The position numbers were made by a program, and so were the translations under genes. From a bacterium (GTDB lineage Bacteria > JAMOTN01), in assembly GCA_027062325.1 (NCBI GenBank), contig JAMOTN010000005.1, forward strand, positions 1-58,935: a stretch of 58,935 nt of DNA. Direction: 5' to 3'. Numbering within the stretch: the first letter of the stretch is position 1; every line of letters begins with the position of its first letter. The notes beneath the pieces are model-generated. The model was not told where the DNA came from and searched no databases. It saw only the letters and a list, made by a program, of their open reading frames with translations. Below, in pieces: positions 10,087-19,259 of this stretch.

Positions 10087-10947
10087 CTATCCATTAAACG
10101 CGCTAACCATATAACGTGCAAACTCTCTGTAAAGAACTGCTCTAGAATCTAAAAAGTAAACATCAAAACTCCTTCGCAATTCCTCCAATACAGTATAAAC
10201 TCTTGAATAGCAACTCTCCTTCAACTTTTTAGAGCTAATAGGATACACCCCTCCCCAATCTACATCTTCAACCTCATCGTAATCTCCTTCAAACTCATCC
10301 GCATCCCAGACACACCACACATTAGTTCTCTTCCTAGGTAATCTTTTCAAAACTTCTACTGGATAGGCAAGATCAGAAATTAAGTGATATACAACTCCCT
10401 CCTTTTTTTCAAAAGGAATAGGAGGCTCCCTAAAATCTACGAAGTTAATAATTGAAGCCAAATATTCTGGATTTACATTTTTCCCCAGAAGTATCTTTTT
10501 AATTTCCATCTTTCCATTAAAACTAACTACAAAATATATTTCAACCGCATTACGCGCCTTATCCGCTAACCAAGTAATTGCACTTCCTAAAGCTAAAAGA
10601 GCAATCTTTTTAAAACCAACATTCATAGAATTACTGTTGTCCAATACTATAACCGTCTTAGAAGATGCTTCTCTTTCAAACTCCTTAACGTAGTATTTTT
10701 CTGTTCTCGCATAAACTTTCCAATCAACGCGGCTGACAGGATCAAATGGAACATACTCTCGACGTTCAAAAAACTCACCGCTTCCTCCTGGATGCTTTAT
10801 CGTCCCCTCTGCATTTGGAATCGTAAAAGTGGGGTACCGAGTCCGAAAATTTTTCTTTCCAAAATTTATTAAGTATCGAAACACTTCCCAAGCTTTATCT
10901 AATTCTTCCTTTGAAAAAGCCTTATTTTTCGCAATACTACTTGGCAA
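10087..10947 (-). CDS. DUF58 family protein
   Basis: GSGEFFERREYVPFDPVSRVDWKVYART..VKEFERE..IVLDNSNSM signature. Confidence 0.88.
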   Translation of the reverse strand: MPSSIAKNKAFSKEELDKAWEVFRYLINFGKKNFRTRYPTFTIPNAEGTIKHPGGSGEFFERREYVPFDPVSRVDWKVYARTEKYYVKEFEREASSKTVIVLDNSNSMNVGFKKIALLALGSAITWLADKARNAVEIYFVVSFNGKMEIKKILLGKNVNPEYLASIINFVDFREPPIPFEKKEGVVYHLISDLAYPVEVLKRLPRKRTNVWCVWDADEFEGDYDEVEDVDWGGVYPISSKKLKESCYSRVYTVLEELRRSFDVYFLDSRAVLYREFARYMVSAFNG

Positions 10948-10968
10948 ATTATTAATCCCCCCTATTCC

Positions 10969-12009
10969 CTACTCTTTCAATCCCAATCCATACTTTTGAA
11001 GATATTCTTTTCTCAAATACTCAAATGCATTCTTTTTGATAAAAATGAAACACATCACTCCTGAAGCTTTTAAAACATGTAAATTTTTAACATCAGCCTT
11101 AATATGAGAAAATTCTTTCTGTGTAATTCCACTAAGATATGCTTCAGAGTGAAGTGAGTTCCATGAATGCTCATTATAGAAATCCCATAATACCATGTTA
11201 TTTCTAAAAGCAATCTGGAGCAACCCTTCTATCGAATAAATAATAGTATGAGTTGGAGCTTGAAATAGGTGCGTCTTCTCCTTGTATAAATAAAATTGAT
11301 GAGTAGAAGCACAAGGTATCCTTATCACCAACGCTCCCCAATCATCTAAAATTTCTCCCAATTTACTCCAAACTATTTCAGGAGACTCAGTAAAATGCTC
11401 TAAACTATGATTTAGAACAACAACGTCAAACCTTCTATTTAATTCAAACAAACTTTTCTTAAACAATCCAAATTCAACCCAATCTTGATCCAAATACGGA
11501 TCAATTCCTAAAATCTCACCGCTAAATCCAAGCAATTTTAAAAGGAGCACAAATCTACCAGTACCACATCCAACATCCAATACACTTTTATAATTTTTTT
11601 TAAACATCTTCTCAAGCAATCTCAACTTAGCCAATGCCAAAATATAATTCATGTCTCCATGCCACTTCCCAAAGTTTGCGTATAACTCAGCAACTCCCGA
11701 AAAACCCTTCAATACAGCTTTCATTATCAATTTTTTCAGAAAAGTATAACGCTCATTTAGCTGTTTCCACACTAGTTGAGGAGTCAAGCTCAAAGAATAG
11801 TACTCATCATGATAATAATTAGAAAAATCTTCTGGAATATCTACCAAGTGCCACGAGCCACAAAATGGACATTTCCTATAAATAAATTCCTCATCATATC
11901 CAAATTCCATTTCGGGAACTTTCTGCTCCTCAAACCCAGAACCTTCTACTTTTTTTAGACACACGGGGCATACTTTTTCTTCAATGTATTCCTTAATAGT
12001 TTTGCTCAT
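10969..12009 (-). CDS. Class I SAM-dependent methyltransferase with N-terminal CxxC..CxxC (surface-glycan-locus type)
   Basis: CPVC...CPFCG; VLDVGCGTG motif I; GIDP; FDVVVLNHSLEH. Confidence 0.85.
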   Translation of the reverse strand: MSKTIKEYIEEKVCPVCLKKVEGSGFEEQKVPEMEFGYDEEFIYRKCPFCGSWHLVDIPEDFSNYYHDEYYSLSLTPQLVWKQLNERYTFLKKLIMKAVLKGFSGVAELYANFGKWHGDMNYILALAKLRLLEKMFKKNYKSVLDVGCGTGRFVLLLKLLGFSGEILGIDPYLDQDWVEFGLFKKSLFELNRRFDVVVLNHSLEHFTESPEIVWSKLGEILDDWGALVIRIPCASTHQFYLYKEKTHLFQAPTHTIIYSIEGLLQIAFRNNMVLWDFYNEHSWNSLHSEAYLSGITQKEFSHIKADVKNLHVLKASGVMCFIFIKKNAFEYLRKEYLQKYGLGLKE

Positions 12010-12020
12010 TCGATTATTCC

Positions 12021-12522
12021 CCCTATAATTTTCTGACCGAAGACATCAGTAATAACACACTTTTCCAATTACTCCACTTCAAAATTTCCATCCACATCTT
12101 TAACCTAACATCTCCATCTTCAACAATCTCAATCTTAGATAAAATATTTGAAATAACTCCCACACATGAAACTGCAAACACCACGTCCACACCTTCTAAA
12201 AGTATTTAAAACTACAACCACTTGTAATCCCATTTATAAATAAATTCAGGAAAATAATAAAAAACATCTTATCCAAAATTTTTCCCAACTTATTAGATGC
12301 TTCCATATACAACCCATAAAGTATTATCCGACTTTTTACAAAAGAACTCAAATCTGTCAGCTTAAATACAACACAATTTCCAATTTTATTAAGCAAGCTG
12401 TAAAATTTATCAAACCACTCAGTTGATTCTTCTTTAATTTTGTTTCTCTTTTTAAAAAAACTCAATAGTTTGAGCGAAAAACACTTCTCACTATCAAGAA
12501 ACTCTATTACGCCAAGACTCAT
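12021..12522 (-). pseudogene. Probable decayed gene remnant, possibly a GT4-type glycosyltransferase
   Basis: The 108-aa ORF is followed in another frame, after stops, by LLEGVDVVFAVSCVGVISNILSKIEIVEDGDV, which loosely resembles GT4 LEA..G.PV...VGG..EIV.DG. Confidence 0.25.
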
Positions 12523-12700
12523 AGTAAAGCTTTATACCCTCCACACTCATCCTAAACACTTTAACTGCATTTTTCCATGAAAGTTTTCCATTTTTTCCTA
12601 CTTCTACAAAATTTATATATAAACACTAAATCTTCTTAAACTTAAAAAATGATGCGCCTCACAATCTTTAAAATTCTGTAATTTATACATAATTAAAATA

Positions 12701-13648
12701 TCAACCTATCTTTTCCACAACGCTATCCACTATGTCAATAGCCCTAACTCTTTCAGCTTGTGCTTCAAAGTTTAATACTAATCTATGCGGTAATACCCAT
12801 CGAGCTGCTTCTCTTATATCTTTCTCTTCCACTGCTCCTCTTTCATCAACTAAAACAAAAGCCTTAGCTAAATTTACCAGGTGCTCTGCCGCCCTCGGCC
12901 CTGCCCCCCATTCCACATAGCGTGAAACCTCATAAATTTCACTTTTCTCAGGACGGGTAGCCTGCACTATCTTAACTGCAAGTTCTATCAATACATCTGA
13001 AATTGGTACCTTTTGCACTTCCTTCTGATAAAATAAAATATCATCTTTTGTTAAAACTGGGTTTATATCCTCTATAGAACCTGTAACTTTTTTAACTATA
13101 GCTATTTCATCTTCAAATTCAGGATATTCAAGCCAAATTGAGGTATAGAATCTATCAAGCTCTGCTTCTGGAAGTGGATAAGTCCCCTCTTGTTCTATTG
13201 GATTTTGAGTAGCTATGACAAAGAAAGGTTTTGGTAGATGATAAGTTTTTCCCGCATAAGTCACCTGTCTTTCCTGCATCGCCTCTAATAAAGCCGCTTG
13301 CGTTTTGGGAGGTGTACGATTTATTTCGTCTGCTAAAACAACGTTTGAAAATACAGGTCCCTTTACAAATACAAATTTTCTTTTTCCATCAACTTCCTGC
13401 AAAATTTCAGTGCCAGTTATATCTGTGGGCATTAAATCAGGGGTAAATTGTATACGCGAGAGACTCATATTAGTAACTTTTGCCATAGTTTCCGCTAAAC
13501 GAGTCTTAGCAAGCCCAGGAACTCCTATCAACAAAACATGACCATTAACAAACCAATTTGCAAGAATCACGCGAACGTATTTTTTATATCCAACTATAGT
13601 CTTTTCAACTTCCTTTAAGACCTTATCGTAAATACTCAATCTTATCAC
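12701..13648 (-). CDS. moxR: MoxR family AAA+ ATPase
   Basis: GVPGLAKT Walker A, RIQFTPDLMPTDITG, LADEINRTPPKTQAALLEAMQE, ATQNPIEQEGTYPLPEAELDRF. Confidence 0.95.
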   Translation of the reverse strand: MIRLSIYDKVLKEVEKTIVGYKKYVRVILANWFVNGHVLLIGVPGLAKTRLAETMAKVTNMSLSRIQFTPDLMPTDITGTEILQEVDGKRKFVFVKGPVFSNVVLADEINRTPPKTQAALLEAMQERQVTYAGKTYHLPKPFFVIATQNPIEQEGTYPLPEAELDRFYTSIWLEYPEFEDEIAIVKKVTGSIEDINPVLTKDDILFYQKEVQKVPISDVLIELAVKIVQATRPEKSEIYEVSRYVEWGAGPRAAEHLVNLAKAFVLVDERGAVEEKDIREAARWVLPHRLVLNFEAQAERVRAIDIVDSVVEKIG

Positions 13649-13668
13649 CCTCTGGCAAGCTTATCAAA

Positions 13669-13881
13669 CTAACTCTTTTTTTCTCCCAACTCACTTTCTT
13701 CCACCCGCTTTTCTTCAGGTAAACTTTCCTCTTCTTTCTCCCTCGCAACTAATTTTGCTTTCTGCTCTATTTCTTCAATTATTATCCTTTCTTCAATGTA
13801 GTAAAGAATCGCAGCAACAACCAAAAATGAAACCACCATCAAACCAATCAATGCAAAAACGTTCCTCAAGAAATTAAACAT
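13669..13881 (-). CDS. Small single-TM protein with acidic tail
   Basis: AAGGAG RBS before ATG 13881; hydrophobic helix followed by an E/K-rich tail; co-oriented 20 nt upstream of moxR. Confidence 0.6.
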   Translation of the reverse strand: MFNFLRNVFALIGLMVVSFLVVAAILYYIEERIIIEEIEQKAKLVAREKEEESLPEEKRVEESELGEKKS

Positions 13882-14374
13882 ATCTATCACTCCTTGAAAT
13901 TTCTCTATCCTGTCATTTTTTTATTTTATCACAAACTTTATTCCAAGATTAAGAATCAAAATTCCTTAAGTTATCCTGTAAAAGATCTTATTTAAAATCT
14001 AAAAATAGAATTCTCTCTGCCAGACAATTCTCCCTCTATCAATCTCATAGAATCTTTGCTAAAAAACCTTGTAGGGAGTGATTATTTCCCTCATACCCAT
14101 ACCCCATAAGCTTTCCTTATTCTTCTCTTCAACAGAAAAATTCAAATATTTATGATCACCCCATCAATCTCCCAAAACTATTCTAGTAGAAACAATTAAA
14201 TACATCTTACACTTTAAGGAAATTATCTTGGAAGAATTATCTGCGCAAATCCTAAATAATCTGTTCTAATATGAATTTTCTCAAAATTGTAAAATAAATT
14301 CTTAATACTCAAAATTAATATTTCTCATATTTTGAATTTACCCTACAATTTCACAATAGCAAATCATCTATTCA

Positions 14375-15322
14375 TTATTCCAGCAAACTTTTTACTGCCC
14401 TTATAATTTCTAATATTCTCTTAAAGTCCAAGCCAGATCTAATAATAGTTTTTAAGTTGTAAACCAAAACCTCAGGAAGAGTATTGAAATATTTAAAAAT
14501 CAAATATGCAAGATTTCTCTCCCTAAAAAACTCAAATCTATCTTCTGCAAAACTTTTAAACTTTCTTGAATCTTCAAGATCAACAATTCCCTCAAACCCT
14601 GTAACAAAAAATCTACCACCCTTTTCTTTCAAACGCAAGTTCCACTCCGTATCATCTCCATACAGAAACATCCTCTCATCAGGAAACCCATTTCTCTTTA
14701 CCACTTTGATATTAAAAAGCTTTCCTCCCCACGGGGGATAAAAAGAAGCAGAAACTGGTAAAATAAGCTTTGTCTCTTCTAAAAACTTTTCAACATAAGG
14801 GTAAAGGCGAGCCACCTCCTTATCTCTATCCAAAATTTTCAAAACCTTAAGCATTTTAACAACTATATTCTTCACATCAACGATCATATCAGTATCATAA
14901 TACCCAAACAAAGCCTTTACTATATATCTTTTTAAAAAAACTGCATTATGACGGTGTAACCTCGCAATCTGAATCACAGTTCTATCATCCAATAGCCACG
15001 CATATCTTTTTAGTAAGTGTTTAACAACTCCTCTTTTTAAAATATTGTCGTCATCTAGTAAAACTACATATCCTTCTGGGACATTTGATACTGCAAACTC
15101 CAAACCTAACTTAAATCCACCCGCAGACCCCAAGTTTTTAGTAGTTTTTATAACTTTTAAATTTGGGGAAGAAACATACTCCTCAACTCCTTCCCATTCA
15201 ATCGCATTTTCCACCACAACCACAAAGTCTGTTTCTTCAAGAGCTCTTTTTACCACAGGTAAAACCTTTTCCTTTCTCTTTCCGTAAGTTACAACTATTG
15301 CGAGAATATCCGGCATATACAC
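14375..15322 (-). CDS. Glycosyltransferase family 2 (rhamnosyltransferase-like)
   Basis: AIVVTYG, VVVEN, NLGSAGGF, LLDDD and GFPDERMFLYGDDTEW. Confidence 0.88.
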   Translation of the reverse strand: MYMPDILAIVVTYGKRKEKVLPVVKRALEETDFVVVVENAIEWEGVEEYVSSPNLKVIKTTKNLGSAGGFKLGLEFAVSNVPEGYVVLLDDDNILKRGVVKHLLKRYAWLLDDRTVIQIARLHRHNAVFLKRYIVKALFGYYDTDMIVDVKNIVVKMLKVLKILDRDKEVARLYPYVEKFLEETKLILPVSASFYPPWGGKLFNIKVVKRNGFPDERMFLYGDDTEWNLRLKEKGGRFFVTGFEGIVDLEDSRKFKSFAEDRFEFFRERNLAYLIFKYFNTLPEVLVYNLKTIIRSGLDFKRILEIIRAVKSLLE

Positions 15323-15426
15323 GCCCCCTCTAAAAATTCCAAGGTAAAATAACAGTTTCTTTCTCTCTTTTTAAAAGTAAAACACATACCTTCCTCTACA
15401 ATTTTCAAATCACTGAATTAGATCCA

Positions 15427-15999
15427 CTAGCCTCTAAACAACTCCAACTCTTCCATATGATCTACTAATACATTGGCACTTTTATCCTTCTCCGATAAAA
15501 CATATTCATCAAAGTAAGGCCATTCAACATTTATATCGGGATCATTCCATGCCAAACTTCTATCATGTTCAGGAGAATAGTATTCATCCACTTTATAATA
15601 TATCAACACATTATCAGTCAAAGTTAAAAAAGCATGTCCAAAACCTTTCGGCACAAGGAGTTGCAACTTGTTGTGCTCAGACAAAACAAAAGCTTCCCAC
15701 TGCTTAAAAGTTAGGGAATTAGGACGTAAATCCACTACAACATCGTAAATAACTCCTTTTATGCAACGAACCAACTTAGTTTGAGCCTTTGGGGGAAGTT
15801 GATAATGAATTCCGCGTAATGTACCTGCTGTTGCACTATAAGACAAATTATCCTGCACAAATTCTATATCTATACCAATCCTCTTAAATTCCTCTCTATT
15901 ATAAGCTTCCATGAAAAAGCCACGTCCATCACCAAACACTTTCTGTTTTATTACTTTAACTGCACCACCAAAGTGAGTAGATACTACTTCAAACTTCAT
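15427..15999 (-). CDS. rfbC: dTDP-4-dehydrorhamnose 3,5-epimerase
   Basis: FGDGRGFF, FVQDNLSYS, GTLRGIHYQ, KLVRC, DVVVDLR and PKGFGHAF; start placed at ATG 15999 after GGAGGGG. Confidence 0.95.
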   Translation of the reverse strand: MKFEVVSTHFGGAVKVIKQKVFGDGRGFFMEAYNREEFKRIGIDIEFVQDNLSYSATAGTLRGIHYQLPPKAQTKLVRCIKGVIYDVVVDLRPNSLTFKQWEAFVLSEHNKLQLLVPKGFGHAFLTLTDNVLIYYKVDEYYSPEHDRSLAWNDPDINVEWPYFDEYVLSEKDKSANVLVDHMEELELFRG

Positions 16000-16018
16000 A
16001 TTTACCCCCTCCAAAGGA

Positions 16019-16912
16019 TTACTTTAATGACTCTACATATTCACTCACAATATTCTTGAGGTAAGTTGAGTACTCTGTACCCTTAAATAACTTTGCCCGT
16101 CTTATCAATGTTTTTTCATCAATCCAACCGTTAAGATAAGCTATTTCTTCAAGACAGGCAATCATCAAACCAGCTCTATCTTCAATAGTAGCAACAAAAT
16201 TACTCGCCTCCAAAAATGCATCATAAGTGCCGGCATCAAACCACACAAATCCTCTTCCTAACCTATAAAAGCTCAACTTATTCTCTTCTAGATACATCTC
16301 ATTTAAAGAAGTAATCTCATATTCTCCACGCGCAGAAGGCTCTATTTTTTCAATTCTTTCAAATGCTGTCTCATCATATATGTAAAGTCCAACAACTGCC
16401 CAGTTTGAACGTGGATACCTAGGCTTTTCTACAAGCCTTACAGGCTCACCCTCATCATCAAATTCCACCACTCCAAAGCGTTCTGGATCCCTCACCCAGT
16501 AAGCAAAATTTACAGCGCCACCATTATTTTCTACATGATAAACCGCTTCCTGCAAAATCTTAGGTAAATTGTGCCCGTAGAAAATATTATCTCCAAGGAT
16601 AACCATAAATTTTTCTCTTCCAACGTACTCTCTTACCTGATATACCGCATCTGCAAGTCCCCGTGGAGCATTTTGAGGGATGTAAGTAATATCCAGTCCT
16701 AACTCTTTCCCATTTCCGAACAAGCGTCTAAATTGATCTATATCCTCTGGGTTAGTAACAATTGCAATTTCTCTTATCCCTGCCAACATTAAAACAGAAA
16801 TAGGGTAGTATACCATGGGTTTGTTATACACAGGAAGTAGATGCTTATTAGTAACCAAGGTTAATGGATACAAACGTGTACCACGTCCTCCTGCCAAAAC
16901 TATTCCTTTCAA
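16019..16912 (-). CDS. rfbA: Glucose-1-phosphate thymidylyltransferase
   Basis: KGIVLAGGRGTRLYPLT, KHLLPVYNKPM, LGDNIFYG, EKP, SARGEYEIT, WFDAGT; TTG start at 16912 with GGGGAG RBS. Confidence 0.95.
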   Translation of the reverse strand: MKGIVLAGGRGTRLYPLTLVTNKHLLPVYNKPMVYYPISVLMLAGIREIAIVTNPEDIDQFRRLFGNGKELGLDITYIPQNAPRGLADAVYQVREYVGREKFMVILGDNIFYGHNLPKILQEAVYHVENNGGAVNFAYWVRDPERFGVVEFDDEGEPVRLVEKPRYPRSNWAVVGLYIYDETAFERIEKIEPSARGEYEITSLNEMYLEENKLSFYRLGRGFVWFDAGTYDAFLEASNFVATIEDRAGLMIACLEEIAYLNGWIDEKTLIRRAKLFKGTEYSTYLKNIVSEYVESLK

Positions 16913-16913
16913 C

Positions 16914-17417
16914 TCACTCACTCCCCAAAACGAAGTATTTTCTCTCATAAGGTGAAGGATAAAAAGCACTAGCTGCAGGGGACAAATGATGCTCTGTAAA
17001 AAGAATGGGAACATTTCTTACTTTATCTTCATCAAACTTTTCTTCAAGTAATCTTTTTTCTGTCGCTTTGAGTTTACTGCAAACATTATCCTTCAGAAAC
17101 AATTTTTTCTTCATCCATACCATCATAGAGTCAATGAATTGGAAGACTCCTTTGAGAGCAAAAGCATAGTAAGTTTCGATCAATCTATCAAACTTCAGGA
17201 AAGGCTTATCGTAGAAAATAACTGCATCTAGCTCACTTATCAAAGTTCCAGCCCACTTAAGAACATTGTTTATAGCATTAACAAGAAACAAAGGATCATG
17301 CTTTTCTCTAGTAAACCTCTCTTCCTGAGCTGCTGCTACTATTAAATCTGGATGTTCATCATCTATCAAGCACGCACCTGCATCGTGATAAAAAGCTGAA
17401 ATCCCAAGAATTTCCAT
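16914..17417 (-). pseudogene. Truncated carbamoyltransferase (NodU/CmcH/SxtI family), N-terminal 167 aa only
   Basis: ILGISAFYHDAGACL, AAAQEERFTREKHD, FYDKPFLKFDRL, EHHLSPAASAFYPSP, then an abrupt end; family members are about 600 aa. Confidence 0.85.
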
Positions 17418-17430
17418 ACTTTATCCTCCT

Positions 17431-17532
17431 TTAAAACAAGGTATATATGAAAGGTGCAACAGGCGGAGCTGGAGACGTTGTAAGTGAGCTCAAAGCAACC
17501 ACATGCACAAGCCACCACTTTTTATTCTCCAT
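17431..17532 (-). CDS. DUF5989 / SxtK-like small membrane peptide, probably degenerate
   Basis: Manual translation MENKKWWLVHVVALSSLTTSPAPPVAPFIYTLF; KKWWL and terminal APFIYTLF are family hallmarks. Not in the ORF track. Confidence 0.75.
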   Translation of the reverse strand: MENKKWWLVHVVALSSLTTSPAPPVAPFIYTLF

Positions 17533-17572
17533 GAGAAATTTTCCAAACTCTTTATCTATACCCTCCCACCAC

Positions 17573-17950
17573 TTAATACAACCTTTCAAAACTCTCTCTA
17601 CTAAACTCCTTATTCACTTCTTCCCAACTAGTATCACTATTCTTCAATCTAAGCCTTTCTTCCTTGAAAATAAATCTCTTGAGAAAACCAATAGGAGTTA
17701 TTACTAGTAAAAAGATAAAAAACAGCAACACTCTAGACACATATTCAAAAATCTTCTCAACAGCTATAAGCAATTTTCTTAAAACTTCAGCAGCTTGATG
17801 CGCAAAAAACAAGGTAGCAATATTTAAAATCAGAATTCCCCATACAAAATACCAGCTTTTAAAAATTAACACTAGAATTGCCAATAAATTCAATACCATA
17901 AAAATCTCTTTAGCTCCTTCAAAATCCATTTTATCCATCAAATCTAACAC
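17573..17950 (-). CDS. SxtJ family membrane protein
   Basis: Hydrophobic, with SRVLLFFIFLLVITPIGFLKR...SW...FERLY C-terminal pattern; upstream of DUF5989 and carbamoyltransferase genes. Confidence 0.75.
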   Translation of the reverse strand: MLDLMDKMDFEGAKEIFMVLNLLAILVLIFKSWYFVWGILILNIATLFFAHQAAEVLRKLLIAVEKIFEYVSRVLLFFIFLLVITPIGFLKRFIFKEERLRLKNSDTSWEEVNKEFSRESFERLY

Positions 17951-18023
17951 TCTCCATCATCAAATATGTTGTGATTTCAATATTAAATTATAGCATTTTA
18001 TCCCTAGACTAACCACAATAATT

Positions 18024-18054
18024 AAAAAAAAAGGCAGCGCCATATGGCGCTGCC
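18024..18054 (-). terminator. Rho-independent terminator of rplJL
   Basis: GGCAGCGCC-ATAT-GGCGCTGCC followed by a T9 run on the minus strand, about 35 nt after the rplL stop. Confidence 0.9.
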
Positions 18055-18088
18055 CCATTGAGCCAAAATATGAGCAAAGTTAACATCT

Positions 18089-18469
18089 TTACTTAACCTC
18101 AACTTCTGCTCCTGCTTCCTCAAGCTGCTTTTTAATCTCTTCTGCCTCTTCTTTGCTGATTCCTTCCTTAACTGCTTTTGGAGCAGAATCAACAAGGGCT
18201 TTTGCTTCCTTCAAACCAAGACCTGTTATCTGACGAACCGCCTTGATAACTTGTATCTTGTTGCTTCCTGCACTCTTCAAAATTACGTCGAATTCAGTCT
18301 TTTCTTCAGCCTCTGCTCCGCCTGCTGCACCTGCCGCGCCAGGTACTGCTGCAACTGCAACAGGTGCTGCTGCGCTAACGCCCCATCTATCTTCCAAAGT
18401 CTTGATAAGATCGTTCAACTCAACAACTGTCATCTTTTCCAAAGCTTCTATAAGCTGCTCCTTATCCAT
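18089..18469 (-). CDS. rplL: 50S ribosomal protein L7/L12
   Basis: [45 protein letters not shown]. Confidence 0.98.
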   Translation of the reverse strand: MDKEQLIEALEKMTVVELNDLIKTLEDRWGVSAAAPVAVAAVPGAAGAAGGAEAEEKTEFDVILKSAGSNKIQVIKAVRQITGLGLKEAKALVDSAPKAVKEGISKEEAEEIKKQLEEAGAEVEVK

Positions 18470-18505
18470 CTAAAACACCTCCCAATTTTTTCCTTAGTAA
18501 TAAAA

Positions 18506-19042
18506 TTAACCTTCAAGCTGCTCTTTTCTTCTTGTCAATACATTCACCAAGCGGCTCGGCGCATTGAGAAGGTGAAGGAGGTTGCGCATAGGTGCCTGCA
18601 ACACTCCCAAGAACATTGCCTGAAGCTCCTGCTTGGATGGTAGTTTTGCAAGAGCCTCGGCTTCTTTCTTCTCGTAAACCTTACCCTCAAAATACACGCC
18701 GCGCAGCACAAGGTGCTCGTATTCTTTACCGAGATCCACAACACTCTTTAAAACATCTATCGGATCATCGGCAAACATCACCATAGTTGGCCCAACAACC
18801 AACTTGCTTATCTCCTCTTTTCCAGCCTCTTTCAAGGCTATTTTGAAAAGAGTGTTTTTAACAACCTTGGGCTTGACTCCTTTCTTCTTAAGCTCACTTC
18901 TCACCTTATTTATCTGCTCCGCATCCAAGCCAATCCAATCGACAAATACGATAGCATTAGCACTCTCTATCCGCTCTTTAAGCTTAGATACGTATTCAAC
19001 TTTGTCCGGACGCGGAGTTGCTCTTCCCTTTTTCCCAGACAC
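18506..19042 (-). CDS. rplJ: 50S ribosomal protein L10
   Basis: KVVKNTLFKIAL, GPT, LAKLPSKQEL; directly upstream of rplL. Start GTG 19042 (GGGGGTG RBS) preferred over 19051. Confidence 0.95.
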   Translation of the reverse strand: MSGKKGRATPRPDKVEYVSKLKERIESANAIVFVDWIGLDAEQINKVRSELKKKGVKPKVVKNTLFKIALKEAGKEEISKLVVGPTMVMFADDPIDVLKSVVDLGKEYEHLVLRGVYFEGKVYEKKEAEALAKLPSKQELQAMFLGVLQAPMRNLLHLLNAPSRLVNVLTRRKEQLEG

Positions 19043-19059
19043 GCATTTCACCCCCTAGC

Positions 19060-19212
19060 TGCCACGCAGCCTAAAAATTGGGCACACAGCCAATTACTAA
19101 ATACAGCACAACTGTGTTAATTCACTTTTTCCTGGGGTGCACCCCTCAGGCAGGCTCAGGGGATAACTCCCCCGACTTAGGGCAGGCGCCACCTACCATC
19201 TTTGGGAACCGG
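19060..19212 (-). promoter_or_regulatory. L10 leader (ribosomal protein autoregulatory RNA)
   Basis: CCAAAGATGGTAGGT...TAA...CCTGCCTGAGG matches the recalled L10-leader core; located in the rplJ 5' UTR. Boundaries approximate. Confidence 0.75.
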
Positions 19213-19219
19213 CTATCTT

Positions 19220-19249
19220 ATTTTAACACTGAAAATTTGCTTTAGTCAA
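19220..19249 (-). promoter_or_regulatory. Sigma70-type promoter for rplJL
   Basis: TTGACT-N18-TAAAAT with a TG extended -10, immediately upstream of the L10 leader. Confidence 0.65.
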
Positions 19250-19259
19250 TGCTTTTGCC

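Noticed and set aside
13891-14374. 480-nt AT-rich gap as an ncRNA or pseudogene
   Set aside because: Stops in the frames examined, no stable structure for a thermophile and no recognisable motif; it may be eroded island DNA but this cannot be supported.
16913-17014. N-terminal extension of RmlA in the ORF track
   Set aside because: It overlaps the carbamoyltransferase remnant; homology and the RBS point to TTG 16912.
16914-17950. Saxitoxin biosynthesis
   Set aside because: Only the widespread sxtI/J/K-like trio is present, it is broken, and there are no sxtA or sxtG core genes.
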